This document shows positions 17,799 through 27,580 of a stretch of 64,000 bases of DNA, piece after piece. A program made the position numbers and the translations under genes. The notes beneath the pieces were generated by a model that saw nothing but the letters and a program-made list of their open reading frames with translations, ran no database searches and was not told where the DNA came from. Numbering within the stretch: position 1 is the first letter of the stretch; the number at the start of each line of letters is the position of its first letter. Origin of the DNA: Pseudomonadota bacterium (GTDB taxonomy: Bacteria > Pseudomonadota > Gammaproteobacteria > Burkholderiales > Burkholderiaceae_A); contig JBDLQX010000073.1 of NCBI GenBank assembly GCA_039800345.1, forward strand, positions 3,697-67,696, read 5' to 3'.

Positions 17799-18680
17799 AT
17801 GAAACCCGCCGCCTTTGACTACCATCGGCCACAGAGCTTGTCTGAGGCCACAGAAATGCTCGCCAGCCTTCCCGACGCAAAACTCCTTGCGGGGGGGCAG
17901 TCTCTCGGCCCGATGTTGAACTTCCGTTACCTCATGCCGGAGAACCTCATCGACCTTAACCGCGTCACCGAACTCCAGGGGCTCTCGCGGCTGCCTGATG
18001 GCGGGATTCGTATTGGAGCCATGACCAGGCAATACCAGCTTGAGCAGGACGCAGCGCTGCATCGGGAGATTCCTATCTTTCGTGAGGCGCTGCGTTGGGT
18101 CGGTCACTATGCCACGAGAAATCGGGGCACCATGGGAGGAAGCCTGTCTCATCTGGACCCCGCCGCGGAGCTCCCAGGAATCTGCGCGCTATTGGATGCC
18201 GAGATTGGTGTACAGAGTAGCTCTGGTCGACGCACGATCAGCATTCATGACTGGCCGGTGGGATTTATGCAGGCCAATATCGGTGAAGACGAATTGCTCA
18301 CCGACATTGTCGTCCGTCCGTGGACACAACCGCACGGGTTTTCTTTTTTAGAGATGAGCCGCAGACACGGAGACTTTGCGATTGCAGGGGTCGCCTGCCT
18401 TCTCGCTGTGGATGCCCAGTCACACATAGAAAAAGTCGCTGTCTCCGTCATTGGCGTCTCCAATGGGGCAGCCCGGTTGCGCCAGGCTGAAAAAGCCCTT
18501 GTAGGCTCGGCCTGCACCGACGATCTCGTTCGGGCTGCAAGCCAGGAGATTGAGCAGCTTGAGGCACCCGCCGATGCGCACCATTCAGGAGATTTCCGTA
18601 AACGCACCGCCAAGACACTGTTCTGCCGCGCGGTACAAAACGCCTATGAAGATGCAATCAAAAGGAGGTCTGCTCCATGA
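17799..18680 (+). CDS. Molybdenum hydroxylase FAD-binding medium subunit (CoxM/XdhB-like)
   Basis: 293 aa. 'MKPAAFDYHRPQSLSEA...LLAGGQSLGPMLNFR' is the canonical FAD-binding subunit N-terminus. It overlaps the next gene by ATGA. Confidence 0.9.
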   Translation: MKPAAFDYHRPQSLSEATEMLASLPDAKLLAGGQSLGPMLNFRYLMPENLIDLNRVTELQGLSRLPDGGIRIGAMTRQYQLEQDAALHREIPIFREALRWVGHYATRNRGTMGGSLSHLDPAAELPGICALLDAEIGVQSSSGRRTISIHDWPVGFMQANIGEDELLTDIVVRPWTQPHGFSFLEMSRRHGDFAIAGVACLLAVDAQSHIEKVAVSVIGVSNGAARLRQAEKALVGSACTDDLVRAASQEIEQLEAPADAHHSGDFRKRTAKTLFCRAVQNAYEDAIKRRSAP

Positions 18681-19162
18681 GCACGCTGCATGCCGTAGAA
18701 ATGACGATCAACGGCCAGTCTTATCAGGCTGACATCGAGGCAAGAATCACGCTCGCCGATTTTATTCGGCATACCTGTGGGCTGACGGGTACGCATGTGG
18801 GCTGTGAGCACGGTGTCTGCGGGGCTTGTACGCTGAAGGTTGATGGAAGAGCCGTCCGGTCTTGCACCATGTATGCGGTTCAGGCCGACGGCGCCTCGGT
18901 AACGACCGTGGAGGGACTCGCCCAGCCCGATGGAACCCTTCATCCCGTGCAGCAGGCATTCACCGACTGTAACGGTCTGCAGTGCGGCTTCTGCACGCCC
19001 GGTATGCAGATGACTATCGCCGCCTATCTTGAAGAGAACCCGAATCCTACCGAGCGTGAGATTCGTGAACTGATCTCTGGAAACATCTGTCGGTGTACGG
19101 GATACCAGGGGATCGTGCGGGCGGCGCTTGACGCCGCCCAGAAACTGCGGGAGGCACGGTAA
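18677..19162 (+). CDS. Molybdenum hydroxylase [2Fe-2S] small subunit (CoxS-like)
   Basis: 161 aa. It has 'CEHGVCGACT' and 'QCGFCTPG...CRCTGY' cluster motifs and an AAAGGAGG SD. Confidence 0.92.
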   Translation: MSTLHAVEMTINGQSYQADIEARITLADFIRHTCGLTGTHVGCEHGVCGACTLKVDGRAVRSCTMYAVQADGASVTTVEGLAQPDGTLHPVQQAFTDCNGLQCGFCTPGMQMTIAAYLEENPNPTEREIRELISGNICRCTGYQGIVRAALDAAQKLREAR

Positions 19163-21504
19163 TGGGTGTACGAAATCTTGGTGCGGCGGTGCACCGTATT
19201 GAAGATGGCAGACTGATTACGGGCAAGGGAAAATATGTCGACGACATTAAGATCCCGGGTACGCTGTCCGCCGCGTTTCTACGCTCTTCCGAGGCCCACG
19301 CCCGGATCAAATCCATAGACCTGACAGCAGCGCGGGCAATACCTGGTGTGATCGCTGTCTATGCCTTAGAAGACCTCGGCCCGCAGGCCGCGCAACGCAT
19401 GGTACAGGCCTACCCTAACCCAGCGATTAAGACAGACATCACACCCTATCCGCTTGCCAAAGATGAGGTCTGTTATGTCGGTGAACCGATTGCCATCGTT
19501 ATTGCCGAGAGTCGTTACCTTGCCGAAGACGGTGTGCAGGCGATTGACATCGATTTAGAAACGCTGCCCTGTGTGATCGACGCCCGAGATGCCTTAAAAC
19601 CGGAGGCGCCTGCAGTGCAGACGTCGTTTGCCTCTAACCTCGCTGCCACATTGAACTGGAAGTTCGGTGACATCGACAAGGCCTTTGCCGACGCCGACCA
19701 TGTCTTTGAGGAAGAGTACTTCCAACATCGCGGTGCACCGCATTTTATGGAGTGTCGGGGCGTACTCGCCCAGTCGGATGTGGCCGGTGGCCGGCTTACC
19801 CTTTGGAGTTCAACCCAATCTCCCTTTCTGGTACGCCGTTATCTGGCCGCCTACCTTGAGCGGGAAGAGTCGAGTATTCGCGTGCTGGCCCCCGATGTCG
19901 GGGGGGGATTTGGGCCCAAAGCCCTCCACTATGCCGAAGAGCTCGTGATTGCCATGGCCGCAGAGAAACTCGGCCGGCCGGTCAAGTGGATCGAAGACCG
20001 GCGCGAGAATTTCGTGGGCACCACTCAGCAGCGCGATCAGTGGTGGCAGGTACAGGTGGCCTGCAAAAAAAATGGCCATATCCTGGGAATTCGTGCACAG
20101 TGTATTCACGACAACGGTGCCTATGTGCCCTACGGGCTCTTGCTACCCAACACCTCGGTGGTTCCGTTTCCCGGCCCTTACGCGATCGGTGCCATTGATG
20201 TACAACTTCATTCGGCGCTGACGAATGCTGTTCCCACAACGCCGATTCGCGGGGCGGGGCGTCCGAATGCCACTTTTGTCATGGAGCGCACGGTTGACAC
20301 CATCGCCCGAGAGCTTGGTCTCGATCGGGCCGAGGTGCGCAGCCTAAACTTTGTCCGCAAAGACCAGTTCCCCTATGAGACGGGCGCCAAACTCCCCACA
20401 GGTATCACCGTGCAATACGACTCGGGGGACTATCACAAGACGCTGGAGATGGCGCTTGAAGCCAGCGACAAAGACACGTTTGAGGCCCGCCGCCAGGCGG
20501 CGGCACAGACCGGTAAGTGGCGCGGCCTGGGGATTGCCAGCTACAACGAAGATTCGGGGCTGCCGCCTTACGAGGGGGCAACCGTGAAGATTCTTCCTAG
20601 TGGTCGGGTGGTGGTCGAAGTCGGCTCCTGTGCCCAAGGCCAGGGATTAGAGACCATCGTGGCCCAGATTGCCGCAGACTACTTTGGTGTGCAGACCCAT
20701 GACGTCCTGGTGCGTACTGGCGATACAGACCTTCCAGCGCTGGCTTTGTCTACCGTGGGAAGTCGAGTGGCCGCTACTGTGGGCCCCAGTGTGCATCTGG
20801 CAGCCGAACAGGTACGCGAGAAAGCACTCAAGCTTGCAGCCCGTGATTTTGAAGCCTCCGAGAATGATCTTGAGATTGTGGATGGACGAGTCTCCATTAA
20901 AGGCGTTCCCGGTAAGTCCATAAAGCTCGGCGATCTGAGTCGTCGGCTAATTGCCAATGTGAATATGCCCGTACCCGCGGGCTTTAGCCCGGGCCTTGAG
21001 GCAACCGCCTACCATACGACAAATCGTCCGGTCTATGCCAACGGCAGCAATGTCTGTGAGGTAGAGGTCGACATCGATACCGGTGAGGTGCATCTGCTCG
21101 ACTATTGGGTTGCCCATGACTGCGGCACCATTATTAATCCTAGGCTTGTCGATGGGCAGATAATTGGCGGTGTGGTCCACGGCATTGGCAATGCGCTCTT
21201 TGAACATATGAAATACGATAGAGGGACGGGTCAACCGCTGTGTAACAACCTCGGGGAATATCTCTTGCCGCTGGCCACCGAAATGCCTCAGATCCACCTG
21301 CAGCATATGGAGAGCCCATCACCCGTGAACCCCCTAGGCATAAAGGGTGCGGGCGAGGGCGGTACTATTCCTGGAATTGCCTGCATTATCTCTGCGATCG
21401 AGGATGCACTTAGGCCCTTGGGCGTGAAGATTAACGAGTACCCCCTTTCTCCGGAGCGCTTACTGGAGTTGATTGATGCAAAGCGCCACCAGAAAGCCTC
21501 GTAG
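19162..21504 (+). CDS. Molybdopterin-binding large subunit of a xanthine-dehydrogenase-family hydroxylase (not a form-I CO dehydrogenase)
   Basis: 780 aa with 'DVGGGFGPK', 'PIRGAGRPN' and 'GIKGAGEGG' motifs. The CODH form-I active-site loop (VAYRCSFR) is absent. The start overlaps the coxS-like stop (TAATG). Confidence 0.9.
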   Translation: MGVRNLGAAVHRIEDGRLITGKGKYVDDIKIPGTLSAAFLRSSEAHARIKSIDLTAARAIPGVIAVYALEDLGPQAAQRMVQAYPNPAIKTDITPYPLAKDEVCYVGEPIAIVIAESRYLAEDGVQAIDIDLETLPCVIDARDALKPEAPAVQTSFASNLAATLNWKFGDIDKAFADADHVFEEEYFQHRGAPHFMECRGVLAQSDVAGGRLTLWSSTQSPFLVRRYLAAYLEREESSIRVLAPDVGGGFGPKALHYAEELVIAMAAEKLGRPVKWIEDRRENFVGTTQQRDQWWQVQVACKKNGHILGIRAQCIHDNGAYVPYGLLLPNTSVVPFPGPYAIGAIDVQLHSALTNAVPTTPIRGAGRPNATFVMERTVDTIARELGLDRAEVRSLNFVRKDQFPYETGAKLPTGITVQYDSGDYHKTLEMALEASDKDTFEARRQAAAQTGKWRGLGIASYNEDSGLPPYEGATVKILPSGRVVVEVGSCAQGQGLETIVAQIAADYFGVQTHDVLVRTGDTDLPALALSTVGSRVAATVGPSVHLAAEQVREKALKLAARDFEASENDLEIVDGRVSIKGVPGKSIKLGDLSRRLIANVNMPVPAGFSPGLEATAYHTTNRPVYANGSNVCEVEVDIDTGEVHLLDYWVAHDCGTIINPRLVDGQIIGGVVHGIGNALFEHMKYDRGTGQPLCNNLGEYLLPLATEMPQIHLQHMESPSPVNPLGIKGAGEGGTIPGIACIISAIEDALRPLGVKINEYPLSPERLLELIDAKRHQKAS

Positions 21505-21537
21505 TTCCCCTGTTTTTTTTAACTAAGGAGACTGTTA

Positions 21538-22614
21538 ATGAAACGCACGTTTGTGAAGACCTGCATTGCTGCGGGTATTGGTCTGATGATGAGCGGGGCA
21601 GTTATGGCCCAGACGACACTGAAAGTTGCAACCCCCACACCTGAGAAAGGCTGGTTTGGTGACATCCACAAATGGTGGGGCCAAGAGGTTGAGAAGCGGT
21701 CTAATGGTGAGATCAAGGTCCAGTTCTTCTGGGCCAACTCACTGGTGAAGTGGCAAGACTGCCTGCCCGCCATACAGTCGGGTATCACCGACATGTGCTG
21801 GGTCAGCAGCAGCTACCACCCCGCGAACCTCGCAAACTACATGATTCTCGATAACCTGCTGAACTATGGAGACGACTACGTTGCCGCAGTGAAAGCGGCT
21901 ATCGACACCGTGGAGCAGCAGCCTGATATGGCAGCCGAGATGAAGCGCGAAGACATCGTGAAGATGATGTCGCACATTAGCGGTCACGGCCCGATCGGTA
22001 CCAAGAGGCCACTGAAGTCTCTCGACGAGATGAAGGGCAAGAGTCTGCGTACCTATGGTGGCGCGCGTACCGACTTCTACAAAGATCTCGGTATGAACCC
22101 CATCTTCATGACATTCCCAGAGATGTATAACGCCATGGATCGTGGCACGGTCGACGCACTGGGCGAAAACGTGCTGATGCTCGCCAATTCCTTCAAGCTC
22201 AATGAGGTGATCGGTAACGTACATATGGCCAATCCCCCAGGCGCTAACGGTAATGGCGGAGTGGTGGGCTCAGCCTTCTTTATTCGGGGTGAGAGATTTC
22301 GGAGCATGAAGCCCGAGCATCAGAAGATGCTGCGCGATCTTCGCCTTGAGTACGCTATTAGGTACGCATCAAGCCTGATGGAGATGGAGAAGACCATTCG
22401 GGCAGACTGGGCTGCAAAGAATAAGATCAACTTCCAGACCTCTAGCCCCGAAGATGCCCAGAAGATTCTGAAGGCAGCAAATGCCGCCAATGAAGTCTTC
22501 TTCAAAAAGCAGGAGGCCTCTGGTGCGAAGAATGTTCGGGCGGTCTACGACCATTACCTGAAGGCACGCAAGAAGTACGAAGACCAGCACAAGAAGAACG
22601 GCAACTTTAATTAA
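21538..22614 (+). CDS. TRAP transporter substrate-binding protein (DctP-type), signal peptide, Arg clamp present
   Basis: 358 aa. It has the signal peptide 'MKRTFVKTCIAAGIGLMMSGAVMAQ', an AAGGAG SD, and 'MKGKSLRTYGG', which aligns with the SiaP 'LKGLKLRVP' carboxylate-binding Arg. Confidence 0.85.
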   Translation: MKRTFVKTCIAAGIGLMMSGAVMAQTTLKVATPTPEKGWFGDIHKWWGQEVEKRSNGEIKVQFFWANSLVKWQDCLPAIQSGITDMCWVSSSYHPANLANYMILDNLLNYGDDYVAAVKAAIDTVEQQPDMAAEMKREDIVKMMSHISGHGPIGTKRPLKSLDEMKGKSLRTYGGARTDFYKDLGMNPIFMTFPEMYNAMDRGTVDALGENVLMLANSFKLNEVIGNVHMANPPGANGNGGVVGSAFFIRGERFRSMKPEHQKMLRDLRLEYAIRYASSLMEMEKTIRADWAAKNKINFQTSSPEDAQKILKAANAANEVFFKKQEASGAKNVRAVYDHYLKARKKYEDQHKKNGNFN

Positions 22615-22633
22615 GCGTTGCTCGTGCACCATG

Positions 22634-22662
22634 AAAAAAGCCCGCTGGAAGCGGGCTTTTTT
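22634..22662. terminator. Bidirectional rho-independent terminator between convergent operons
   Basis: A6-GCCCGC-TGGAA-GCGGGC-T6. It sits between the dctP stop (22614) and the OYE stop (22669). Confidence 0.85.
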
Positions 22663-22668
22663 CATTCT

Positions 22669-23775
22669 TTAGGCGTGTTGCGATCGCCAGCCATAGTAGT
22701 TATCAAGCGTCGCGTGGGGGCTAATCATATCCATGGCAAAGGCTACGGGGGGCTTGCCTGCGAGAATCTTCTTGGCCCAGTGGGGATCAGCCAGTGCGCC
22801 CTTCCCGATGGAGCAGAAATCCCCTTCACCCTGAACCAGCGCAGACTCGGCAAGGGCGGGATCGTGTAGCTTGCCATTGGCAATGATGGGTAGTCGCGTG
22901 TACCTCTTGGCGAGCCCGCTGAGGGACCGATCGGTGCCGAACACAGGGCTCACGCCAAGATGGGCAGCGACATGGATGTAGTCGGCACCTGCAGCCTCCA
23001 GTGCGGGGAAGATCACGCGTGCATCTGCCTCCGCTCCAGGCCAGCTGTACTCGAGATCATTGACTTTGGTCTGGGAGATCCGCACGCCGATGGTGAACTC
23101 TGGTAGCGCCTTTCTCAGGGCCTGAAGCACCAGAACATGAAAACGTAGCCGGTTCTCGAGTGCCCCGCCAAACTCGTCAGTACGTTGGTTGGTGTAGGAG
23201 GTGAGAAACTGGTCTGGAAGATAGCCATTCGCTCCGTGTAACTCAACGCCATCAAAGCCCGCTGCCTGTGCGTTCTGCGCCGCGCGTACGAAGCTCTCTA
23301 CGACCGCAAAGATCTCTTCTCGCGTAATCTCTCGAGGCATCTGGAAAGGACCCTGGCTACCGCGGTATCTGGCGATCTGTTCTCCTTTGGGCTGTATCGC
23401 AGAGGGCGCGACGGAGCCCGTCACCCAGGCGTTTCCTTGGTTTACTGCACCGGCATGAAACAACTGGGCAAGGAATTTTGTTCCTCGCTGATGAACTGCC
23501 TCAACGACGCGGGACCAGCCTGCTGTCTGTGCCGCATTGGCAAGCCCGGGCTGAAAGCGGTAACCCTGGCTATACTTTTCGTCAATATAGATGGCTTCAG
23601 TAAGAAGCCCGCCCCAGCCGCCCTCCGCAAACTCGCAGTAATAGTTCATCATCTGATCTGTGACCAGGCCTTTTTCGGTCGCGCTGGCGCGGGTCAGAGA
23701 AGAGACGAGGCAACGATTAGGCAGTCTGAGCCTGCCAAGCTGGCCTTCGGAGAAGAGATGAGGGAACTGGACCAT
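22669..23775 (-). CDS. Old Yellow Enzyme family NAD(P)H:flavin oxidoreductase (alkene/N-ethylmaleimide reductase-like)
   Basis: 368 aa. 'LFSEGQLGRLRLPNR', 'HAGAV', 'GFDGVELHGANGYLPDQFL' and 'RTDEFGG' are classical OYE motifs. Confidence 0.9.
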   Translation of the reverse strand: MVQFPHLFSEGQLGRLRLPNRCLVSSLTRASATEKGLVTDQMMNYYCEFAEGGWGGLLTEAIYIDEKYSQGYRFQPGLANAAQTAGWSRVVEAVHQRGTKFLAQLFHAGAVNQGNAWVTGSVAPSAIQPKGEQIARYRGSQGPFQMPREITREEIFAVVESFVRAAQNAQAAGFDGVELHGANGYLPDQFLTSYTNQRTDEFGGALENRLRFHVLVLQALRKALPEFTIGVRISQTKVNDLEYSWPGAEADARVIFPALEAAGADYIHVAAHLGVSPVFGTDRSLSGLAKRYTRLPIIANGKLHDPALAESALVQGEGDFCSIGKGALADPHWAKKILAGKPPVAFAMDMISPHATLDNYYGWRSQHA

Positions 23776-23904
23776 GTAAGACTCCTACCGTGTAAGTTTT
23801 TTCGCTTTCGCTACCATGCGCCTTGGCCTGGTCAGGCGCAGAGAACATGGAATGCGTGCAAGGATTTATTGAAAGACCGATCAACAAATAATAGACTACT
23901 GCAC

Positions 23905-24390
23905 ATGGCGATTAAAGAACTAAACCACTACCTTATCCGAGCTGCAGACCTGAAGGCGAGCAGAGATTTTTACGTCAATGTCCTTGGCCTTTCGGAAATG
24001 GACCGCCCGAACTTCCCGTTTCCGGGCTACTGGCTCGGTGTCAATGGCGCTGTACAGGTACACATGGCTCCAGACAATATCCCCAACCGGGAGCTTTATT
24101 ATCTCGGCACCCCGCCTGGGGCTGTTTCTGGTCAGCCAGGTACAGGCTCTATCGACCATGTCGCCTTCATTGCGATAGACCACGAAAACTTCCTCAAGAA
24201 ACTGCGAGCGTCAGGGGTCAGTTATCGCCCTCGCTATCTCAAAGATTCACAATTGTTCCAGGTCTTTATCAAAGATCCCGATGGCATCACCATAGAACTG
24301 AACTTTTTCGGGGTCGATCAGAGCGCAGACTGGGGAGGAGAAGACTACGACCAGATGGCCCGCGTGTCAGAAAAGAAGCCCTCCGCCTAA
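23905..24390 (+). CDS. Single-domain VOC (glyoxalase/bleomycin-resistance/extradiol dioxygenase) family protein
   Basis: The track ORF (23437..24390) overlaps the OYE gene. The conserved VOC N-terminus 'MAIKELNHYLIRAADL' begins at the ATG at 23905. The putative metal triad is H8, 'IDHVAF' and 'ELNF'. Confidence 0.75.
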   Translation: MAIKELNHYLIRAADLKASRDFYVNVLGLSEMDRPNFPFPGYWLGVNGAVQVHMAPDNIPNRELYYLGTPPGAVSGQPGTGSIDHVAFIAIDHENFLKKLRASGVSYRPRYLKDSQLFQVFIKDPDGITIELNFFGVDQSADWGGEDYDQMARVSEKKPSA

Positions 24391-25031
24391 GTTAAGGGCA
24401 CATTGACCCACTTTTTAAAGCCGGGTTCGGCCTGTAGCCTTCCCATCCATTGCTGTACCCCAGGGAGCTCGGGCGTAATAAGGTTAAGCGCCTGGGCTCG
24501 ATAGACCGTGGGCGCAAGCCCAATGTCTGCAAGCGTGAGCACATCGCCGGCGAGAAAGGCGGACCGACGAAGGTTCTGGTCTGCCACCGCAAGATGGCCG
24601 CGTGATTCCTCTTCCGCTTTGGCGATACGGGCGGGGTCTTGCTGCTCTGGCGCCAGACGCACCCGTTGCTGAAAGACAACCACCATGGGCGCACTAATGC
24701 CCCACAGCGTCCAGTCAAGCCATTGATCGACATGTCCCCGTCTCTGGGCATCGGCTGGATAGAGACGCTCTGCAGCCTCAGCCGCCGATGGGGAGGTCTG
24801 CCGCTTATTGCATAGGTATCGGCAGATGCTATGAGACTCCCAGATCTGATACCCCTCGTCTTCCAGCAGCGGTACCCGGCCGTTGGGATTCTTGGCCAGA
24901 TAGTCTGCTGATTTGTTGGCAGTAAATTGCAGTCCCGCCTCTTCTCTCTGGTAGGCAAGCCCGAGGATGTCTAACACCCAGAGTACCTTCTGGACATTGA
25001 TCGAATTGACGCGTCCCCAGAGGTTAAGCAT
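24387..25031 (-). CDS. Glutathione S-transferase (GstB/YliJ-like)
   Basis: 214 aa. 'MLNLWGRVNSINVQKVLWVLDILGL...NPNGRVPLLEDEGYQIWESHSICRYL' closely parallels the E. coli GstB N-terminal domain as I recall it. Confidence 0.85.
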   Translation of the reverse strand: MLNLWGRVNSINVQKVLWVLDILGLAYQREEAGLQFTANKSADYLAKNPNGRVPLLEDEGYQIWESHSICRYLCNKRQTSPSAAEAAERLYPADAQRRGHVDQWLDWTLWGISAPMVVVFQQRVRLAPEQQDPARIAKAEEESRGHLAVADQNLRRSAFLAGDVLTLADIGLAPTVYRAQALNLITPELPGVQQWMGRLQAEPGFKKWVNVPLT

Positions 25032-25482
25032 TTGGGTCGCCGTGGTCGGGCACGAGGCCCGCTGCCTTAATACCGTCTACCGCGCATATTTCGTCATTGG
25101 GTGAGGTCTCCCCACTGATCCCAACCGCCCCGAGAAGGGATCCGTCGGCATCGCGAATGAGCACTCCCCCTTGCACCGGCACCATGTCGCCCTCGCTGAG
25201 GTGCTGTACGGCGTGAATAAAAAACGGCGCCTTCTCTGCACGACGCTGCAATTCACGATTGCCAAAGCCAAGCCCCAGGGCACCCCGCGCTTTTCCGGTG
25301 GCGATCTTGAAGCGGTAGAGGGAGGTTCCCTCTTGTGCAAGGTGCACCTTTACCTCGCCACGAATATCAAGCACGGTAACGGCCAGCGGCAGAAACTGAT
25401 GCTTCTTGGCGGATTCGAGTGCCTTTTGGGCAATCACCAATGCGGTATCAAGAGAGACGGTCTTTAGGTGTACGGTAGACAT
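25024..25482 (-). CDS. GlcG/HbpS-like (DUF336) haem-binding/degrading family protein
   Basis: 152 aa with 'SLDTALVIAQKALESAKK...LAVTVLDIRGEV' and 'GAVGISGETSPNDEICA'. It overlaps the GST start by 8 nt. Confidence 0.8.
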   Translation of the reverse strand: MSTVHLKTVSLDTALVIAQKALESAKKHQFLPLAVTVLDIRGEVKVHLAQEGTSLYRFKIATGKARGALGLGFGNRELQRRAEKAPFFIHAVQHLSEGDMVPVQGGVLIRDADGSLLGAVGISGETSPNDEICAVDGIKAAGLVPDHGDPNA

Positions 25483-25536
25483 GGAGGATGGTTCCTTTCT
25501 TTCGGGGTGGCCGGTATGGGGTTGGTGCGTGGTTAC

Positions 25537-26556
25537 TTAGACCTCAATGGGCTCAACCTGCCCCGAGGTCACAGCCTTCATAATGGCCTCTAAGCAGGCG
25601 ACGGTGTAGCGCTTCTGGTTGCTATCGACAGGGTAGGGCGTCTGCCCACGTACGGCCTTGCCAAACGCTTCCAGATTCTCTCGAACCGCGTGGTGGGGTT
25701 CCACAAACGATGTCTGGCGGTCTTGTCCGCGTAATACCTTGGTAATGTCCCAGCCGGTCGGGCTCTCGGGGTGGGTCCGATCGCGAATCTCGCACCAGCC
25801 CTGCGACCCATAGATTGCGAAGCGACCGTCGAAAGGGGTGGCCAGAATGGCACTGATAAGGGAAACCGCCCCCGAGGCGAACTCAAGGAAGATCGCCAGG
25901 GTGTCGCCGTTCTCAAAACCTGCGCCGCGTGACCCGAGTCTCGCAGTGACAGACTTCGGCTGACCAAAAAATGAAACGGACAGATCGACAAGATGGATTC
26001 CTGTGGCAGTGAGGGGACCAACAGGCGCAACTGCGTTAGATAGACGCCAGTTATCAGGTGGCAGCTTGAGGAACTTGTCTTGACTAAAGTTGGCCTCAAT
26101 CTGCAGGGCAGTACCGTAGAGGCCATGGGCGACTTCTTGTCGTAGGACCTCCATGGCAGGCTCGAATCGGCGTTCGTGCCCCACCCCAAGCACCAGCCCA
26201 CGCGCTTCGCAGGCCTTAATGGCCCGGTTTGCATCCGCTAGGTTAAGACACAGTGGCTTCTCACAGAAGACATGGAGGCCGCGATTGGCCGCGGCCACAA
26301 TCTGATCTGCATGCTGCGGGTGCGGCGTACAGATGACCACGGCTTCGAGGCCAGGTTCCTGAATGAGACTGTCGAAGTCGGTGCAAAAGCGAACATTTTT
26401 AAGGCTGCCTTCAGGGCTTGTGGGATGCAGTGAGGCCAGAGGCTCGGCGATGCATCGCAGCGAAAAGGCAGGAGAGTCGGCCAGAAGAGAGGCAATCACC
26501 TTCCCCCACCACCCATAACCCGCAATACCTATTGCGATTGGCTTTTCAGACGCCAT
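25537..26556 (-). CDS. Gfo/Idh/MocA family NAD(P)-dependent oxidoreductase
   Basis: 339 aa with the 'IGIAGYGWWGK' Rossmann N-terminus and the 'HVFCEKPL' signature. Confidence 0.88.
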   Translation of the reverse strand: MASEKPIAIGIAGYGWWGKVIASLLADSPAFSLRCIAEPLASLHPTSPEGSLKNVRFCTDFDSLIQEPGLEAVVICTPHPQHADQIVAAANRGLHVFCEKPLCLNLADANRAIKACEARGLVLGVGHERRFEPAMEVLRQEVAHGLYGTALQIEANFSQDKFLKLPPDNWRLSNAVAPVGPLTATGIHLVDLSVSFFGQPKSVTARLGSRGAGFENGDTLAIFLEFASGAVSLISAILATPFDGRFAIYGSQGWCEIRDRTHPESPTGWDITKVLRGQDRQTSFVEPHHAVRENLEAFGKAVRGQTPYPVDSNQKRYTVACLEAIMKAVTSGQVEPIEV

Positions 26557-26681
26557 AGTCGGTCACATCCTTATTCTCGTTAGTAAATAGTTGATCACTA
26601 AACAGACACGCTGGATTCTACCGAACCCGACCGCTGAAATTCGACTCGTGGTTTCCCGATTAACTGCGCTATAGTCCTCGC

Positions 26682-27455
26682 GTGGCACTTGCAGACTATC
26701 CCCTAGGCTTTTATCTCGGTGCGGTCTTTGCTGTCCTGATTACCGGGGTAATCAAGGGGGGCTTTGGCGGTGCGGCGGGCGGCCTAGCGGTACCCATCAT
26801 GTCCCTCTGGATTTCTCCCGTCGTCGCTGCGGGAGTTATGTTGCCCATCTTGTGTGCCATGGACATGATTGGCGTGAAGGCCTACTGGAAGAAATGGTCG
26901 TGGCCAATCCTGCGCCCGGTCTTTGTGGGTGCCTTTATCGGCATTGGCATTGGCAGCCTCATGTTTCAAAGCCTCTCGGTCAAGCAACTCAAGTTCATTG
27001 TGGGCGTGATTGCCGTGACCTTTGTGCTTAACAAATGGCTTTCTCTTGCAGACCGTCTGGTGCAATTGTTAAAGCGCAAGAGGTCTGAAATGGGGCCCGT
27101 GGGTGGTGTCTTTTGGGGATCTGTATCGGGCTTTACGAGCACGCTTGCGCACGCCGGCGGCCCACCCTTCTCTGTCTATATTCTTGGCCGCCAGATTGAC
27201 AGAACGACAGTCGTGGCTTCAGCCTCGTTGTATTTTCTCTTCATGAACTACACCAAGATCATTCCGTATTATTTCCTGGGCCAGCTAAGCCCGGCTAACC
27301 TGCAACTCTCTCTGGTATTTGCCCCATTGGCGCCCGTAGGGATCTGGCTCGGTATCTGGCTGCACAAGCGCATTTCTGAGCGCATCTTCTACCAGACAAG
27401 CTACCTGCTTCTGTTTTCTACCGGGCTCAAACTGATCTGGGACGCAGTCTCCTAA
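26682..27455 (+). CDS. TauE/SafE (DUF81) family anion exporter membrane protein
   Basis: 257 aa with ~7-8 hydrophobic segments and Gly-rich 'GGFGGAAGGLAVPIM'. It has a GTG start without a clear SD, so the start is uncertain. Confidence 0.75.
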   Translation: MALADYPLGFYLGAVFAVLITGVIKGGFGGAAGGLAVPIMSLWISPVVAAGVMLPILCAMDMIGVKAYWKKWSWPILRPVFVGAFIGIGIGSLMFQSLSVKQLKFIVGVIAVTFVLNKWLSLADRLVQLLKRKRSEMGPVGGVFWGSVSGFTSTLAHAGGPPFSVYILGRQIDRTTVVASASLYFLFMNYTKIIPYYFLGQLSPANLQLSLVFAPLAPVGIWLGIWLHKRISERIFYQTSYLLLFSTGLKLIWDAVS

Positions 27456-27580
27456 GAAGCCCCCGGGTGAGGCGCGCCCGAGGGCAACGGGTCAGTCAGG
27501 ATGTAGACCTCGGTAGAATGATCGTTCGTTCAACACAGAGGCTCACAAGCCCTTTGACTCTATAAAGCGAGAGACACACC

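Noticed and set aside
17119-21504. Possibility that coxGMSL encodes an aerobic carbon monoxide dehydrogenase.
   Set aside because: The large subunit lacks the form-I active-site loop (VAYRCSFR-type Cys). No coxD, coxE or coxF maturation genes are present, and the operon is embedded in an organic-acid transporter. A generic heteroaromatic or aldehyde hydroxylase is more plausible.
23437-23904. N-terminal 156 codons of the track ORF 23437..24390, which would make a 317-aa protein.
   Set aside because: This part overlaps the OYE gene (22669..23775) on the opposite strand and has no family similarity. The VOC domain starts cleanly at the internal ATG at 23905.
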